From Fidelibacterota bacterium (GTDB lineage Bacteria; Fidelibacterota; UBA8477; JABMPR01), in contig JAIPGJ010000004.1 in NCBI GenBank assembly GCA_021736185.1, positions 1 to 56,985 on the forward strand: a stretch of DNA of 56,985 bases, in the 5' to 3' direction. The position numbers and the translations under genes were made by a program. Positions 9,227 to 18,783 of this stretch are shown piece by piece (the first letter of the stretch is position 1; every line of letters starts with the position of its first letter). The notes under the pieces were generated by a model, which was not told where the DNA came from, made no database searches, and saw only the letters and a program-made list of their open reading frames with translations.

Positions 9227-10282
9227 CTAATATTTATGCGATCCCACACCCAGATAATCATCGATCTGATGGGCAACTTCCTTGATCAATTTTGTACGTT
9301 CCCGGTGTTGCAGAAAAGCACTTTTAAAACCACTTATGATGAAATCCTTAAAATCAAGCATGTTGAAATTAAAGGTTTTGTGAGCCAGCATATATTCATC
9401 AACCAGTGTGACACCGCTGATAAGTCTATTATCCGTATTCAAGCTTAATCTTAATCCATAATCATGGTAAAACTTAAGGGGATGGTTTTCCACCTTGTCA
9501 ATGGTTCCTGTCTGAATGTTGGATGTGAGACAGATTTCAAGACAGATCCGATGATCGTTGATATAATTCATCAGATCACCATCTTCTCTCAGGCGCGTTC
9601 CATGCCCAATCCGATTGGCACCACAGTAGTGGATGGCTTGATGAATGGATTGGGGTCCGTAGGCTTCTCCGGCATGGAGCGTCACGTTGACATTATTGTT
9701 GCGAATCAGATAGAAGGCCTCAAGATGATGCTTGGCGGGAAAGTTTTCTTCAATCCCCGCCAGATCATATCCAATGACCCCCCTGTATTTATAGGCGATG
9801 GCCAGTTCTGCGAGTTCAATGGATGATTCAATGGAGAAATTTCTGATGCCACATACGATGACCCCGGTACTGATGTTAAATTCATGCTGTGCTTCTCGAA
9901 GGCCACTAATCACCGCATCAAGGGATTCCATGGCGGTCATGCCTTTGTCATTGTGCAAAATAGGGGAGTACCTGACTTCAAGATGGCGAACATTTTCAGC
10001 AGCTGCATCCTGAGCCAACTCAAAAGCAACCCTTTGTAAAGCTTCAGGGGTTTGCAGTACAGCAAGGGTATACTTAAATTTATCAATATATTCCTCAAGG
10101 TTTTTGACTCGACCTTGAACAACGACGGCCTTTCTGAGGCCATCAACATCTTTAGCAGGTAATTCTACTTTATCTTTTTGAGCCAGATCCAGCATGGTCT
10201 CCAAGCGCAGGCTGCCATCAAGATGACAGTGGAGCTCTGGCTTGGGTAGTTCTAATAAAAAATCTCTACGAACCGGTTTCAT
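9227..10282 (-). CDS. add: Adenosine deaminase
   Basis: PKPELHCHLDGS, EVRYSP, HAGE, RIGHG, LEICLTSN, NTDN. Confidence 0.92.
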   Translation of the reverse strand: MKPVRRDFLLELPKPELHCHLDGSLRLETMLDLAQKDKVELPAKDVDGLRKAVVVQGRVKNLEEYIDKFKYTLAVLQTPEALQRVAFELAQDAAAENVRHLEVRYSPILHNDKGMTAMESLDAVISGLREAQHEFNISTGVIVCGIRNFSIESSIELAELAIAYKYRGVIGYDLAGIEENFPAKHHLEAFYLIRNNNVNVTLHAGEAYGPQSIHQAIHYCGANRIGHGTRLREDGDLMNYINDHRICLEICLTSNIQTGTIDKVENHPLKFYHDYGLRLSLNTDNRLISGVTLVDEYMLAHKTFNFNMLDFKDFIISGFKSAFLQHRERTKLIKEVAHQIDDYLGVGSHKY

Positions 10283-12165
10283 TAATTTTCTCCGAGTTGA
10301 GTTTTATCCCCTTTTAAGGTGGTCAGGAACCAGACAGCAATGGCAACGATCAGAATGGGTCCTAGCCAACCAAAACCGCCATAATTTGGCCACCAGTACT
10401 TGTCGGCAGTGATGAATATAGGTACGGCGACCAGAATACCCATGATGGCCTCTCCAGTGATCATTCCTGCAGCCAGGAGTAACCCCTTCTTTCTTGTGGC
10501 ATCCGTGGCACCCATTTTATTGCCAATATGCGCCAGCATTCCACCAATAAAAATGGGCGTTGTCAACGAAATTGGCAGATAGATTCCCACTGCAACAGCC
10601 AGGATGGGAATTCTAAAATCTGAACCAATTCTCTCTTGTCGAATATCCAGAGCAATAATAATAACACCAATAATGGCACCCATGATCACCATATTCCAGG
10701 GCAAATTCCCTTGAAATACGCCTTCTGCCACTGCTTTCATTAATGTCGCTTGAGGTGCAGAGAGGGTGGGCGAACCAATGGTGTAGGCCGTGTGGAGAAT
10801 GTCAAGCACCAGACCAAGAACGATAGCTGCACTCAAAACCCCAATAATCTGCATGACTTGCTGCTTCCAGGGGGTCGCTCCAACCAGGTGTCCCGTTTTC
10901 AGATCCTGAAGATTATCACCACCAATGGCCGCGGCATTACAGACCACGGCACCTACCATGATAGCCGCAGCGGCACCTTGTAGTGATCCCGATCCCAAAA
11001 TGGCCAGAAGCAGGAGCGAGGCAAATAATACCGTAGCAACAGTCACCCCTGAAATGGGGTTATTGGAGGAACCCACAACCCCAGCCATATAGGCAGCAAC
11101 AGCTGAGAAGAAGAACCCAAAAATCATCATAATAATGGTAATTAAAAATGCCAGTTCAGGCGTGGGCAGGATGTCATTATATATCATGAAGACGGGGATC
11201 ATCAACACCAGCAGAGCTATGCCCACATATTTAATGGGAATATCATTCTCTTCCCGCTTCATCACTTCGCCGTCCTGCATGGTACTATAAGCCCTTAAGC
11301 TGGCCTGAATACCCAGCATGAGAGGCTTGAAAAGTTTGATCAATGACCAGATTCCACCAATTACCATGGCACCCACTCCCAGATACCTGATTTCCGTATC
11401 CCAGATAGCATTGGCAGCATCCATGGGGTTCCCTTGAAATCCATGGATGGCAGTATAGATGGGAATAGCCACGAGCCAGGAGATGAGTCCACCAGCAAAC
11501 ACCAGAATACTGATATTTCTCCCAACGATATAACCTACGGAGATCAAGGCCGGTGACAAATCCATTCCAAAACCAAAGACGGAACGACTCAAATGAGTTG
11601 CACCCTCAATGGCAGAGTGCCAAAGAGAAAAGCCCTGCTGTCCCAATTTCATCAAGGCAGCAGCTATGCTGGCCAGAGAAAGTAGACGCAATCCACCTTG
11701 CACCTCGTCTTCGGCTGCGCCACTCTTTGCATGACCAGCCTTCAGAACTGCTGCAGTCGCTATGCCCTCGGGATAGGTCAATTTGGCTTCGATAATCAGA
11801 GCACGCCGCAGGGGTATGGTGAACAACACCCCTATCAAACCACCCACACCAGCAATTTTGGCAATTTCCAGATAGTTGAAGGTCTCCCAGTATCCCATGA
11901 GGAGTAAGGCTGGAATGGTGAAAATGACGCCAGCTGCAAGTGATTCTCCAGCCGATGCAGCCGTTTGAACAATATTGTCTTCCAGTATGTTATGTTTTTT
12001 AAATAGGCTTAATACACCCATGCTTATCACGGCAGCCGGGATAGAGGCGGAGGCTGTCATGCCGGCAAAGAGACCCAGATAGGCATTGGCACCTGCCAGG
12101 ATCATAGATAATAATACGCCAAGCACGACTGCTTTAATGGTGATTTCAGGTAGTGGCTTACTCAC
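10282..12165 (-). CDS. OPT-family oligopeptide transporter
   Basis: NAYLGL..G.T.SASIPAAVIS, YPEG.ATA, VGSSNNPISG, LQDLKTG.LVGATPWKQ, APQA. Confidence 0.93.
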   Translation of the reverse strand: MSKPLPEITIKAVVLGVLLSMILAGANAYLGLFAGMTASASIPAAVISMGVLSLFKKHNILEDNIVQTAASAGESLAAGVIFTIPALLLMGYWETFNYLEIAKIAGVGGLIGVLFTIPLRRALIIEAKLTYPEGIATAAVLKAGHAKSGAAEDEVQGGLRLLSLASIAAALMKLGQQGFSLWHSAIEGATHLSRSVFGFGMDLSPALISVGYIVGRNISILVFAGGLISWLVAIPIYTAIHGFQGNPMDAANAIWDTEIRYLGVGAMVIGGIWSLIKLFKPLMLGIQASLRAYSTMQDGEVMKREENDIPIKYVGIALLVLMIPVFMIYNDILPTPELAFLITIIMMIFGFFFSAVAAYMAGVVGSSNNPISGVTVATVLFASLLLLAILGSGSLQGAAAAIMVGAVVCNAAAIGGDNLQDLKTGHLVGATPWKQQVMQIIGVLSAAIVLGLVLDILHTAYTIGSPTLSAPQATLMKAVAEGVFQGNLPWNMVIMGAIIGVIIIALDIRQERIGSDFRIPILAVAVGIYLPISLTTPIFIGGMLAHIGNKMGATDATRKKGLLLAAGMITGEAIMGILVAVPIFITADKYWWPNYGGFGWLGPILIVAIAVWFLTTLKGDKTQLGEN

Positions 12166-12255
12166 GAGTTCCCTTCCTTGTCTTGATGTGACCGCAAAGA
12201 TAAGGGAGATTAAAATGGGGGAAAGTGCTAAATATCCTGAATATTGACTGAATTC

Positions 12256-13932
12256 TCAATCAGAGATGGAACTTGATTTTTCAAAAATTGACTTAAGTGT
12301 GTCAAAATAGGTCTGCCATTTTAAGGTGATTTCACTTTCGGGCAGTTTGAAGCTATGCCTTACTCCGCCCACGCCGATGGAGACAGCATTAAAATAATCC
12401 ATGGTGAAAATGGTGATGCTAGCGAGAGACCATGACTGAACCAGCGCTTGCCCCTGCAGGAGTATGACACGCTGATTTGAGAGGATCAAGCTTAAATCGC
12501 TGGTCTCAGTTATTTCTTCCTCAATAAGATATTTTAAGACGGGAGATTGCAGATGAAACTGTTCATGCGAATCCAGGGCCATCGGAAGATCAAGTTTAAG
12601 CGGATGTTCCAAGATATCAGATTTGATCAGTTCAATCCATTGAATACTTGTAAGTGCTTTTGATTCACCTTGGGTAGTAAAATGATAGTCATTGGATACC
12701 AGCCATTCTGTCGCGCAATGCTGGCATCTAATGGTGTTTCCTGAAACCACCTTAATAGAATTCCGAGTATGACATTTATAGCAGGCCCAAAGTAAATGGT
12801 TCATTCCCTTGGCAATTGAATGGCTGCTTACGGCACGGAAGGTTTTCGGCTCAGCAAAGATATTTGCTGCAATTTGGGTCTCCAGTTCCCCTAAGTCATG
12901 TTGAGCCTCCAACGCTATGATAGGCTTAAATGAAGCCGTGACACTCCCACGTCTACGGTTGGGAGCCCAGCGTGGCCATATCTCATAAGCTCCTTCAATA
13001 TGGACAGGTAAAATCGGGACTTTGCAGTGTTGAATTAATTTTAAAGTTTCTTTAAGAATCGGCAGAGGGGAGCCATCAGTGGATCGACCACCCTCAGGAA
13101 AGATGCAAACAACTTGTCCCTTGCCTATCATTCGAATCATCGTGCGAATTGATTTCAAATCCTGACGATGCCTTCGCATGGGAAAGCCACCGGTTCCTTT
13201 GAGTAAAAATCTCATGAGTGGCGTGTTAAAAACATCAGCCGTTGTCACAAATTTTATTTCAAAAGGGACAAATATTCCAAACAGGAAAGGATCAATATAG
13301 GATTCATGATTGGCAACGATGAGAAAGGGCCGGTCATGGGGTATATTTTTAGACCCTTCAACCCTAATTCTATACCAGAAGCGAATAACCAGCATACCGA
13401 TAAGCCAGACAAGTTGGGGGCGAAATCCAACCCGGAGATTTTCTGCCAGTTTGATTTTCCAGTGCCAGAAAGGTGTATTGTTTTTGTATTGGAGATATCG
13501 TTCACCAAGTGATCGGGTCAACAAGGATTCCTGCACCAGCAGAAGCCAGAGGAGGTAGAATAAGGAAGCGCTGACAGATAGGATGAGTATCAACCAGCTA
13601 AACCCAAAAAATATGAGGAGGACGCCATATTGATAAATGGAGAAAAACCAAAAAAATGGATGCCGTGTTCGTGCATAAAAACCAACATCCACTAATCGTG
13701 TACTTTTTGTTGAGAAGTGAAGGTTTCCATCACCAAATCTCAAAATTAAGAGGTCTGATACCACCATGCCATATAGTCCCATGAGAATGAGCAAAGTACC
13801 GAAGAAAGTGCTCAGGGACTCAGGCGTATGATTAAGGAACAATTCGGGTGATATATAGAGCACATAGGGGATGAAGGAGAGCTTAAGCGCCAAGCCAAAA
13901 AAATTTCGCAATATCCTCAGTCTATTTTTCAT
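12256..13932 (-). CDS. Fusion: ICMT/PEMT-type membrane methyltransferase + PlsC-type acyltransferase + Zn-ribbon C-terminal region
   Basis: GFYARTRHP and GERYLQYKNNTP (ICMT/PEMT); NHESYID and FPEGGRS (PlsC); CYKC...CQHC. Start uncertain (13932 or 13941 preferred over 14079). Confidence 0.8.
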   Translation of the reverse strand: MKNRLRILRNFFGLALKLSFIPYVLYISPELFLNHTPESLSTFFGTLLILMGLYGMVVSDLLILRFGDGNLHFSTKSTRLVDVGFYARTRHPFFWFFSIYQYGVLLIFFGFSWLILILSVSASLFYLLWLLLVQESLLTRSLGERYLQYKNNTPFWHWKIKLAENLRVGFRPQLVWLIGMLVIRFWYRIRVEGSKNIPHDRPFLIVANHESYIDPFLFGIFVPFEIKFVTTADVFNTPLMRFLLKGTGGFPMRRHRQDLKSIRTMIRMIGKGQVVCIFPEGGRSTDGSPLPILKETLKLIQHCKVPILPVHIEGAYEIWPRWAPNRRRGSVTASFKPIIALEAQHDLGELETQIAANIFAEPKTFRAVSSHSIAKGMNHLLWACYKCHTRNSIKVVSGNTIRCQHCATEWLVSNDYHFTTQGESKALTSIQWIELIKSDILEHPLKLDLPMALDSHEQFHLQSPVLKYLIEEEITETSDLSLILSNQRVILLQGQALVQSWSLASITIFTMDYFNAVSIGVGGVRHSFKLPESEITLKWQTYFDTLKSIFEKSSSISD

Positions 13933-14144
13933 AGCTAGCATTTTAACAGAAATTCCAGACCGTTGATATAGAATAAAAATTAGAAAATAATTTCGAATTT
14001 GCAGGCTTATGGCCTTGCCCTCAGCAATTACGTCGGATATATTCCCGCTTACGATAATTGAACTCGGAATGGTCTCCATGGTATTGAGACAACTAATAGA
14101 GTAAAAAGCACTATTTATTATTGTGCAATTGGGAATCCCAAATA

Positions 14145-14480
14145 ATGAAATTTGAGACAGAATTTAAAAATAATACGCTCATCGTGAGAGTTCAGAATAC
14201 TACATTCGACATTCGCGGTGTTAAGGCCTTCAAACGTGACATATTTATGGCGATAGCAGAATCAGACTTTAAAGATATCATCATCAATATGGAGAATGTC
14301 AGAATGGTTGACAGTACTGGTCTGGGAGGATTGCTTTTTGCAAAACGCCAGGCAACCATCAAAGGGGGAGAATGCTATCTGGTTAAACCCCAACAAAAGA
14401 TTGCTTCAATTATCAAAATATCGAAACTTGATGATGTCTTCATTATTGTTGATGATGAAGAGACTGCTCTAAAAAAATAG
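14145..14480 (+). CDS. STAS-domain anti-sigma-factor antagonist
   Basis: INMENVRMVDSTGLG with the phosphoacceptor Ser; ISKLDDVF. Confidence 0.88.
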   Translation: MKFETEFKNNTLIVRVQNTTFDIRGVKAFKRDIFMAIAESDFKDIIINMENVRMVDSTGLGGLLFAKRQATIKGGECYLVKPQQKIASIIKISKLDDVFIIVDDEETALKK

Positions 14481-14494
14481 CGTAAGATTTATCT

Positions 14495-14528
14495 AAAAAA
14501 AAAAGCGACCGTGGTCGCTTTTTTTTTT
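14495..14528. terminator. Bidirectional intrinsic terminator
   Basis: A10-GCGACC-GT-GGTCGC-T10. Confidence 0.88.
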
Positions 14529-14609
14529 GTTTCTTTCAGGAAAAAGAAACAGGGACAACTAAAATCCGGAAGCGGGGGAATACGACCAGACCGATGTCCC
14601 TGTAAAATC
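14495..14609 (-). ncRNA. Candidate small RNA (about 115 nt)
   Basis: TTGACA-17-TATTTT promoter at 14644-14616; 9-bp stem ACAGGGACA/TGTCCCTGT around a C-rich loop; ends at the terminator. Confidence 0.4.
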
Positions 14610-14751
14610 ATGATAAAAATAGTAGTCAATAGGACACATGTCAATGATTTTAATTGAAATATTTACTAAATATTTCCCGGAAAGAGTCAAGCTTGTTTTA
14701 GCTGATTACCTGAAGTGTTATTTGCGGTTAAATATCAGGGCGACAAAGCTC

Positions 14752-16185
14752 TCAAGATTCATCTGGTTTGAGGATTGAAAAAAGATACACCGCAATCAAG
14801 GCAATGATAAATGCCGAGAATCGAGTGCTGACCCATTGACCAAATAGATCAATGACGGTGAAAAGCGTGCCTGTTACCATCCCTGCGATAACTCCTGCCT
14901 TGCTGACTCGTCTCCACCAGAGTGTTAGGAGCAATGCCGGTCCAAAGGATGCCCCCAGACCTCCCCAGGCATAACTAACCATTTCAAAAACAAGTTCGGT
15001 TGATCGCCAGGCCAGAAAAAATGCCAATAAGCCAATCAAGATGGTAAGTATCCGTCCAATAGTGAGTAAGTCCAGGTGACCTTTAATATTTTGGAGGTAA
15101 TTTCCGATTAGATCCTCTGTAAGAACCGTGGTGGAGACCAGCAACTGACTATCAGCCGTTGACATCATGGCAGCAATCGCTCCAGAAATAAATATTCCTG
15201 CGATCCAGGGATGAAGTAGATTTTGTGCCATGATGGGCATGAGTTTCTCCGGGTCGCTCAGGGACGCGACAGTGGTCAATACCTGACCATCATAGCTCAT
15301 ACTACCCGCACGAAGGAGAAAATATCCGGTAAGACCAATAAACAAACTGCCAAAAAAGGCAGGCACCGCCCAGGCAATGGCGATACGGCGGCTGATTCTG
15401 ATATTCTCAATTTTATCAATGGCCATATAGCGTGTGAGAAGATGTGGCTGTCCCATATATCCCAATCCCCAGCTCAGTCCACCGATGGCAGCTGCCAGCG
15501 CCGCCATGCCGGCCTTCCCCGCCAACAGACTCGATCCATCAAAATGAAAATCAACAGTTGGCAGAGCACTGATCTCAACCAGGGCTACCAGAGGTAAAAC
15601 CACCAACGTGCCTATCATGATTATACCCTGTACCAGATCTGTCCAGGCTACGGCAAGGAAACCACCCATCAAGGTGTAAAAAACAATAATCACTGCTCCC
15701 AACAGCATACCCTGCATGTGTGTTATTCCAAAAGTGACATTTAATACTTTACCGGCACCAGAAAATTGGGCTGCTACATAAAAGGTGAAAAAGAAGGTGA
15801 TGATGAGTGAGGCGAGCATTCTGAGTGTACCACGATCATCCCGAAATCTTTTGGCAAACAATTCAGGTAAGGTTAAGGCATTATATGTTTCTGTGGCTTC
15901 CCTCAATCGCTTCGCTATAAAAAACCAGGAAAACATGATTCCTGAAATACACCCAACAACAGTCCACAATTCCAATAATCCAGCAACCAGTGCTGCTCCA
16001 GGCAAACCCAAAATGAGCCAGGCAGATTCACCAGATGCTCTTTCAGAAAATGCAATGACCCAGGGTCCCAGTTTCTGCCCACCCAGGGCAAAATCCTTCA
16101 GGGAATTGGTGAGATGCGCGGTATATACACCCACACCTAAGATGAGTAATAGATAGAGTATAAAACCAAGAGTGACAGGGTCCAT
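14752..16185 (-). CDS. putP: Sodium:proline symporter
   Basis: SERASGESAWLILGLPG, YTLMGGFLAVAWTD, WGLGYMGQPH, AAMMSTADSQLL, WGGLGASFGP. Confidence 0.9.
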   Translation of the reverse strand: MDPVTLGFILYLLLILGVGVYTAHLTNSLKDFALGGQKLGPWVIAFSERASGESAWLILGLPGAALVAGLLELWTVVGCISGIMFSWFFIAKRLREATETYNALTLPELFAKRFRDDRGTLRMLASLIITFFFTFYVAAQFSGAGKVLNVTFGITHMQGMLLGAVIIVFYTLMGGFLAVAWTDLVQGIIMIGTLVVLPLVALVEISALPTVDFHFDGSSLLAGKAGMAALAAAIGGLSWGLGYMGQPHLLTRYMAIDKIENIRISRRIAIAWAVPAFFGSLFIGLTGYFLLRAGSMSYDGQVLTTVASLSDPEKLMPIMAQNLLHPWIAGIFISGAIAAMMSTADSQLLVSTTVLTEDLIGNYLQNIKGHLDLLTIGRILTILIGLLAFFLAWRSTELVFEMVSYAWGGLGASFGPALLLTLWWRRVSKAGVIAGMVTGTLFTVIDLFGQWVSTRFSAFIIALIAVYLFSILKPDES

Positions 16186-16356
16186 ATCAGCTTCCCTTCA
16201 AATGATCTTTGAAAATATATAACGTTTCGTGGGGCAAGGTAAAATAATCGGTGAGGTGAGGAACACCTTTTCTACCTGGAGGGGAGTGGAGAGTGAGACA
16301 CAACTGAAGGATAAAAGCATTATTAGGCCATTAAAAATTGACTAAATTCTCGCGAA

Positions 16357-16959
16357 GTGAACTTAATAAATATCAATAAAATAGTTTTGCGCAGTCTGAT
16401 CACTTGCTTGTTTTTGCATGTCGCAGGATTTGGCCAGACCGATAGCATGCAGGTTTACCCTGGCTTTGATAGCCAACTTTTAAAACTAAAAGTACCGGAG
16501 GCGTTTCAACGGAGTAGTCTGAAGCTTGAGGTCTTTGCCGACTCGTCCTGGCAGCTTTATCGTGGTAGTGAGGCTTTGAACTTTTCACAGTCCATGCACC
16601 TGCTGGGTCAGGACAAGGTTGTTGAAGAATATGACGTGCACCTGAGCAAAGAGACGAAATATTTAAAGGACTTCAGATCGCGACGGGTTTTCTCAATTAT
16701 CAGCGGTGTCGCCGGAGTGTCCTATCTCTCGCTGATCTGGAATAAGGGATGGGTCTATCAGATACCTGGCTATGCAGCCATTGCCGTCGGAGTTGTGAGG
16801 TATTTAGAGAGTCGGCATATAGAAGTACAGGCATTAAGAGAACAATATTATTTACAAACATTGATCAGTCCATCCAAAGTTCAATTACTAGTAGATGACT
16901 ATAACTTCCAACTATACCAATATTTATCCACAGCAGGAATCCAATTCAGTGGTCAATAA
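16357..16959 (+). CDS. Hypothetical exported/membrane protein
   Basis: Signal-peptide-like N-terminus and two hydrophobic segments; 200 aa. Confidence 0.65.
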   Translation: MNLININKIVLRSLITCLFLHVAGFGQTDSMQVYPGFDSQLLKLKVPEAFQRSSLKLEVFADSSWQLYRGSEALNFSQSMHLLGQDKVVEEYDVHLSKETKYLKDFRSRRVFSIISGVAGVSYLSLIWNKGWVYQIPGYAAIAVGVVRYLESRHIEVQALREQYYLQTLISPSKVQLLVDDYNFQLYQYLSTAGIQFSGQ

Positions 16960-17674
16960 AAAATTATCGCTTGTCATTTTAATTCTATGTTCTATCACCA
17001 CAGGCTTTTCGTTTGAAATTTTCCATAAACAACCCCAGCATTTTCTGGAAGGTGTGCCGGGACAGCTTGAGGTGATACTGCCCTACTATCTTGATGAACC
17101 AGATTTTGTCAGACTCTATATCAAGGAGCAAAATAAAAATGTTTATCAGGAACTCACATTTTATGACATTAGTGGGACCTGGTACTGCGACATCCCTGCA
17201 GCCTATATGAATGGGGATACTTTATGCTACTATATCGGTGCCTCATTCGGTCCTGCGGGTTTGGCAGCATTTCCCCCTGATAATCCAGAGAAAAATCCTA
17301 TAAAAGTGCCGCTCTTGAAGTTCATAACCAAAAACCGTAAATTTGAACCTGAATTCGTTAAAGATGTCATTGTCTCACATACGGTAACACCCTGGATTCC
17401 CAAACCTGCGAGGCGTTCAAATAATTTCCCCGTACTATATATCCCTCAAGCGAATAAGGCATTTGTTGAGAGCGGTTACATCAGAATCGTTGGCAATGAC
17501 AAGGCTACGACTGAAGATCTGCTCCGATCCATGCTGTATCTTTGTCTTCAGGAAAATGCAGATGCCATCACCAGTTTGAGCTATTCCTTGCTGACTGCCA
17601 CGGAGGGCATGAGTAAGCTTGAAGGGCACATCGAATTGGAGGGAGTCTACCTGAGAAGAAGTCCCACGAAATGA
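16949..17674 (+). CDS. Hypothetical exported protein
   Basis: GTG at 16949 after AGGAA; signal peptide; beta-rich N-domain; C-terminal ENADAI resembles YbjQ-like folds. Confidence 0.65.
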   Translation: MVNKKLSLVILILCSITTGFSFEIFHKQPQHFLEGVPGQLEVILPYYLDEPDFVRLYIKEQNKNVYQELTFYDISGTWYCDIPAAYMNGDTLCYYIGASFGPAGLAAFPPDNPEKNPIKVPLLKFITKNRKFEPEFVKDVIVSHTVTPWIPKPARRSNNFPVLYIPQANKAFVESGYIRIVGNDKATTEDLLRSMLYLCLQENADAITSLSYSLLTATEGMSKLEGHIELEGVYLRRSPTK

Positions 17675-17792
17675 ATGATTCAGGACATGTAATAATTGCC
17701 TGAGCAAGGGATTCATTCTAGTTTAATAGCCTTCGTCAATAAGTGAACAATGACGAGAATTTTAATCAATAAAATTGTCACAGGAGTGCAGA

Positions 17793-18191
17793 ATGCCTGA
17801 AAAAGATGAAAAACCAGAAGAATCTACAACCGTCGAAGAACCTGTTGATTTTGATAATTCAGAAAGTCGGATGAACTTTTTGAAAGGCCAGTTAAATGAT
17901 ATGCTGGATAGTATCAATAATGTTTATGGCCAGGATCTCATGGATGAGCTTCTGAAACGTCTGGAAAAAACTGTGGAAGATTTCAATGGTGAAGTCAGTG
18001 GTCTGATTGGAAAGCTAAAGTTGGGGAAAATTTTTGAAGAAGACGACCCGGTAGAAAGCGCTGCAAATTCAACATCCAGCGCAGAGGATGCCCTGGACAG
18101 TGACCACGAAGAAGAAAAGAGCTTTGAGGAACAAGAGGAAGAAGATTCCGATATCGTTGCTCGCATGCGCAAACGTATTACGCACGACTAA
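17793..18191 (+). CDS. Hypothetical acidic protein with a helical core
   Basis: AGGAG RBS before ATG 17793; D/E-rich termini. Confidence 0.7.
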   Translation: MPEKDEKPEESTTVEEPVDFDNSESRMNFLKGQLNDMLDSINNVYGQDLMDELLKRLEKTVEDFNGEVSGLIGKLKLGKIFEEDDPVESAANSTSSAEDALDSDHEEEKSFEEQEEEDSDIVARMRKRITHD

Positions 18192-18210
18192 AATATTTTA
18201 TTAGGGTTCA

Positions 18211-18444
18211 GTGTCAACTAAGTATTCAACACCCCCATCTCCCCATGAGCTAGGGGATAGAATTTTGCGAAATATTGATCAGGTTCGTGAATACCTCAAT
18301 GTGCTCCTGGAAGAAATTGATACTCCTGCAAAATCCGGAAAAGGTGGGCACAAAGAAGATTGGCAAAGCCATACTCAAAAGCTGGATGCCAGCCTTTCTG
18401 AATTGAGGGATATTGTAGATCGGAGTAGGGGAGAGTATAACTAA
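18211..18444 (+). CDS. Hypothetical small helical protein
   Basis: 77-aa ORF; stop overlaps the next start (TAATG). Confidence 0.6.
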   Translation: MSTKYSTPPSPHELGDRILRNIDQVREYLNVLLEEIDTPAKSGKGGHKEDWQSHTQKLDASLSELRDIVDRSRGEYN

Positions 18445-18674
18445 TGAGCGAATCCATGAGGGATGTGGCCAGACTGATCAAGACCTTTGATGGGGAGCTT
18501 CGCAAAGCCTTGCTAACTTCAAGATCAGGTCTTTTTAGAAATGGCAGAGATGAGCTATATATCCGATCGAATGTTCCCCTGGGGCAGACTTATACAGACG
18601 AGGTTATTGGCATTTTCGCTGATCCCTCAGATTTAGATTTTTATTATAAAATATACCTTACTGAGGAAGACTGA
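18444..18674 (+). CDS. Hypothetical small protein
   Basis: 76-aa ORF, translationally coupled, GGGGAG RBS. Confidence 0.6.
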   Translation: MSESMRDVARLIKTFDGELRKALLTSRSGLFRNGRDELYIRSNVPLGQTYTDEVIGIFADPSDLDFYYKIYLTEED

Positions 18675-18783
18675 TATCCTTCCAACACCGATTGGATTAG
18701 AATTTGCATCAAGGATATCAAAACAAGATATGACTTCATATTTTGCCAACAAATAAACGATTCATGGATTGAGGAGTTCAATT

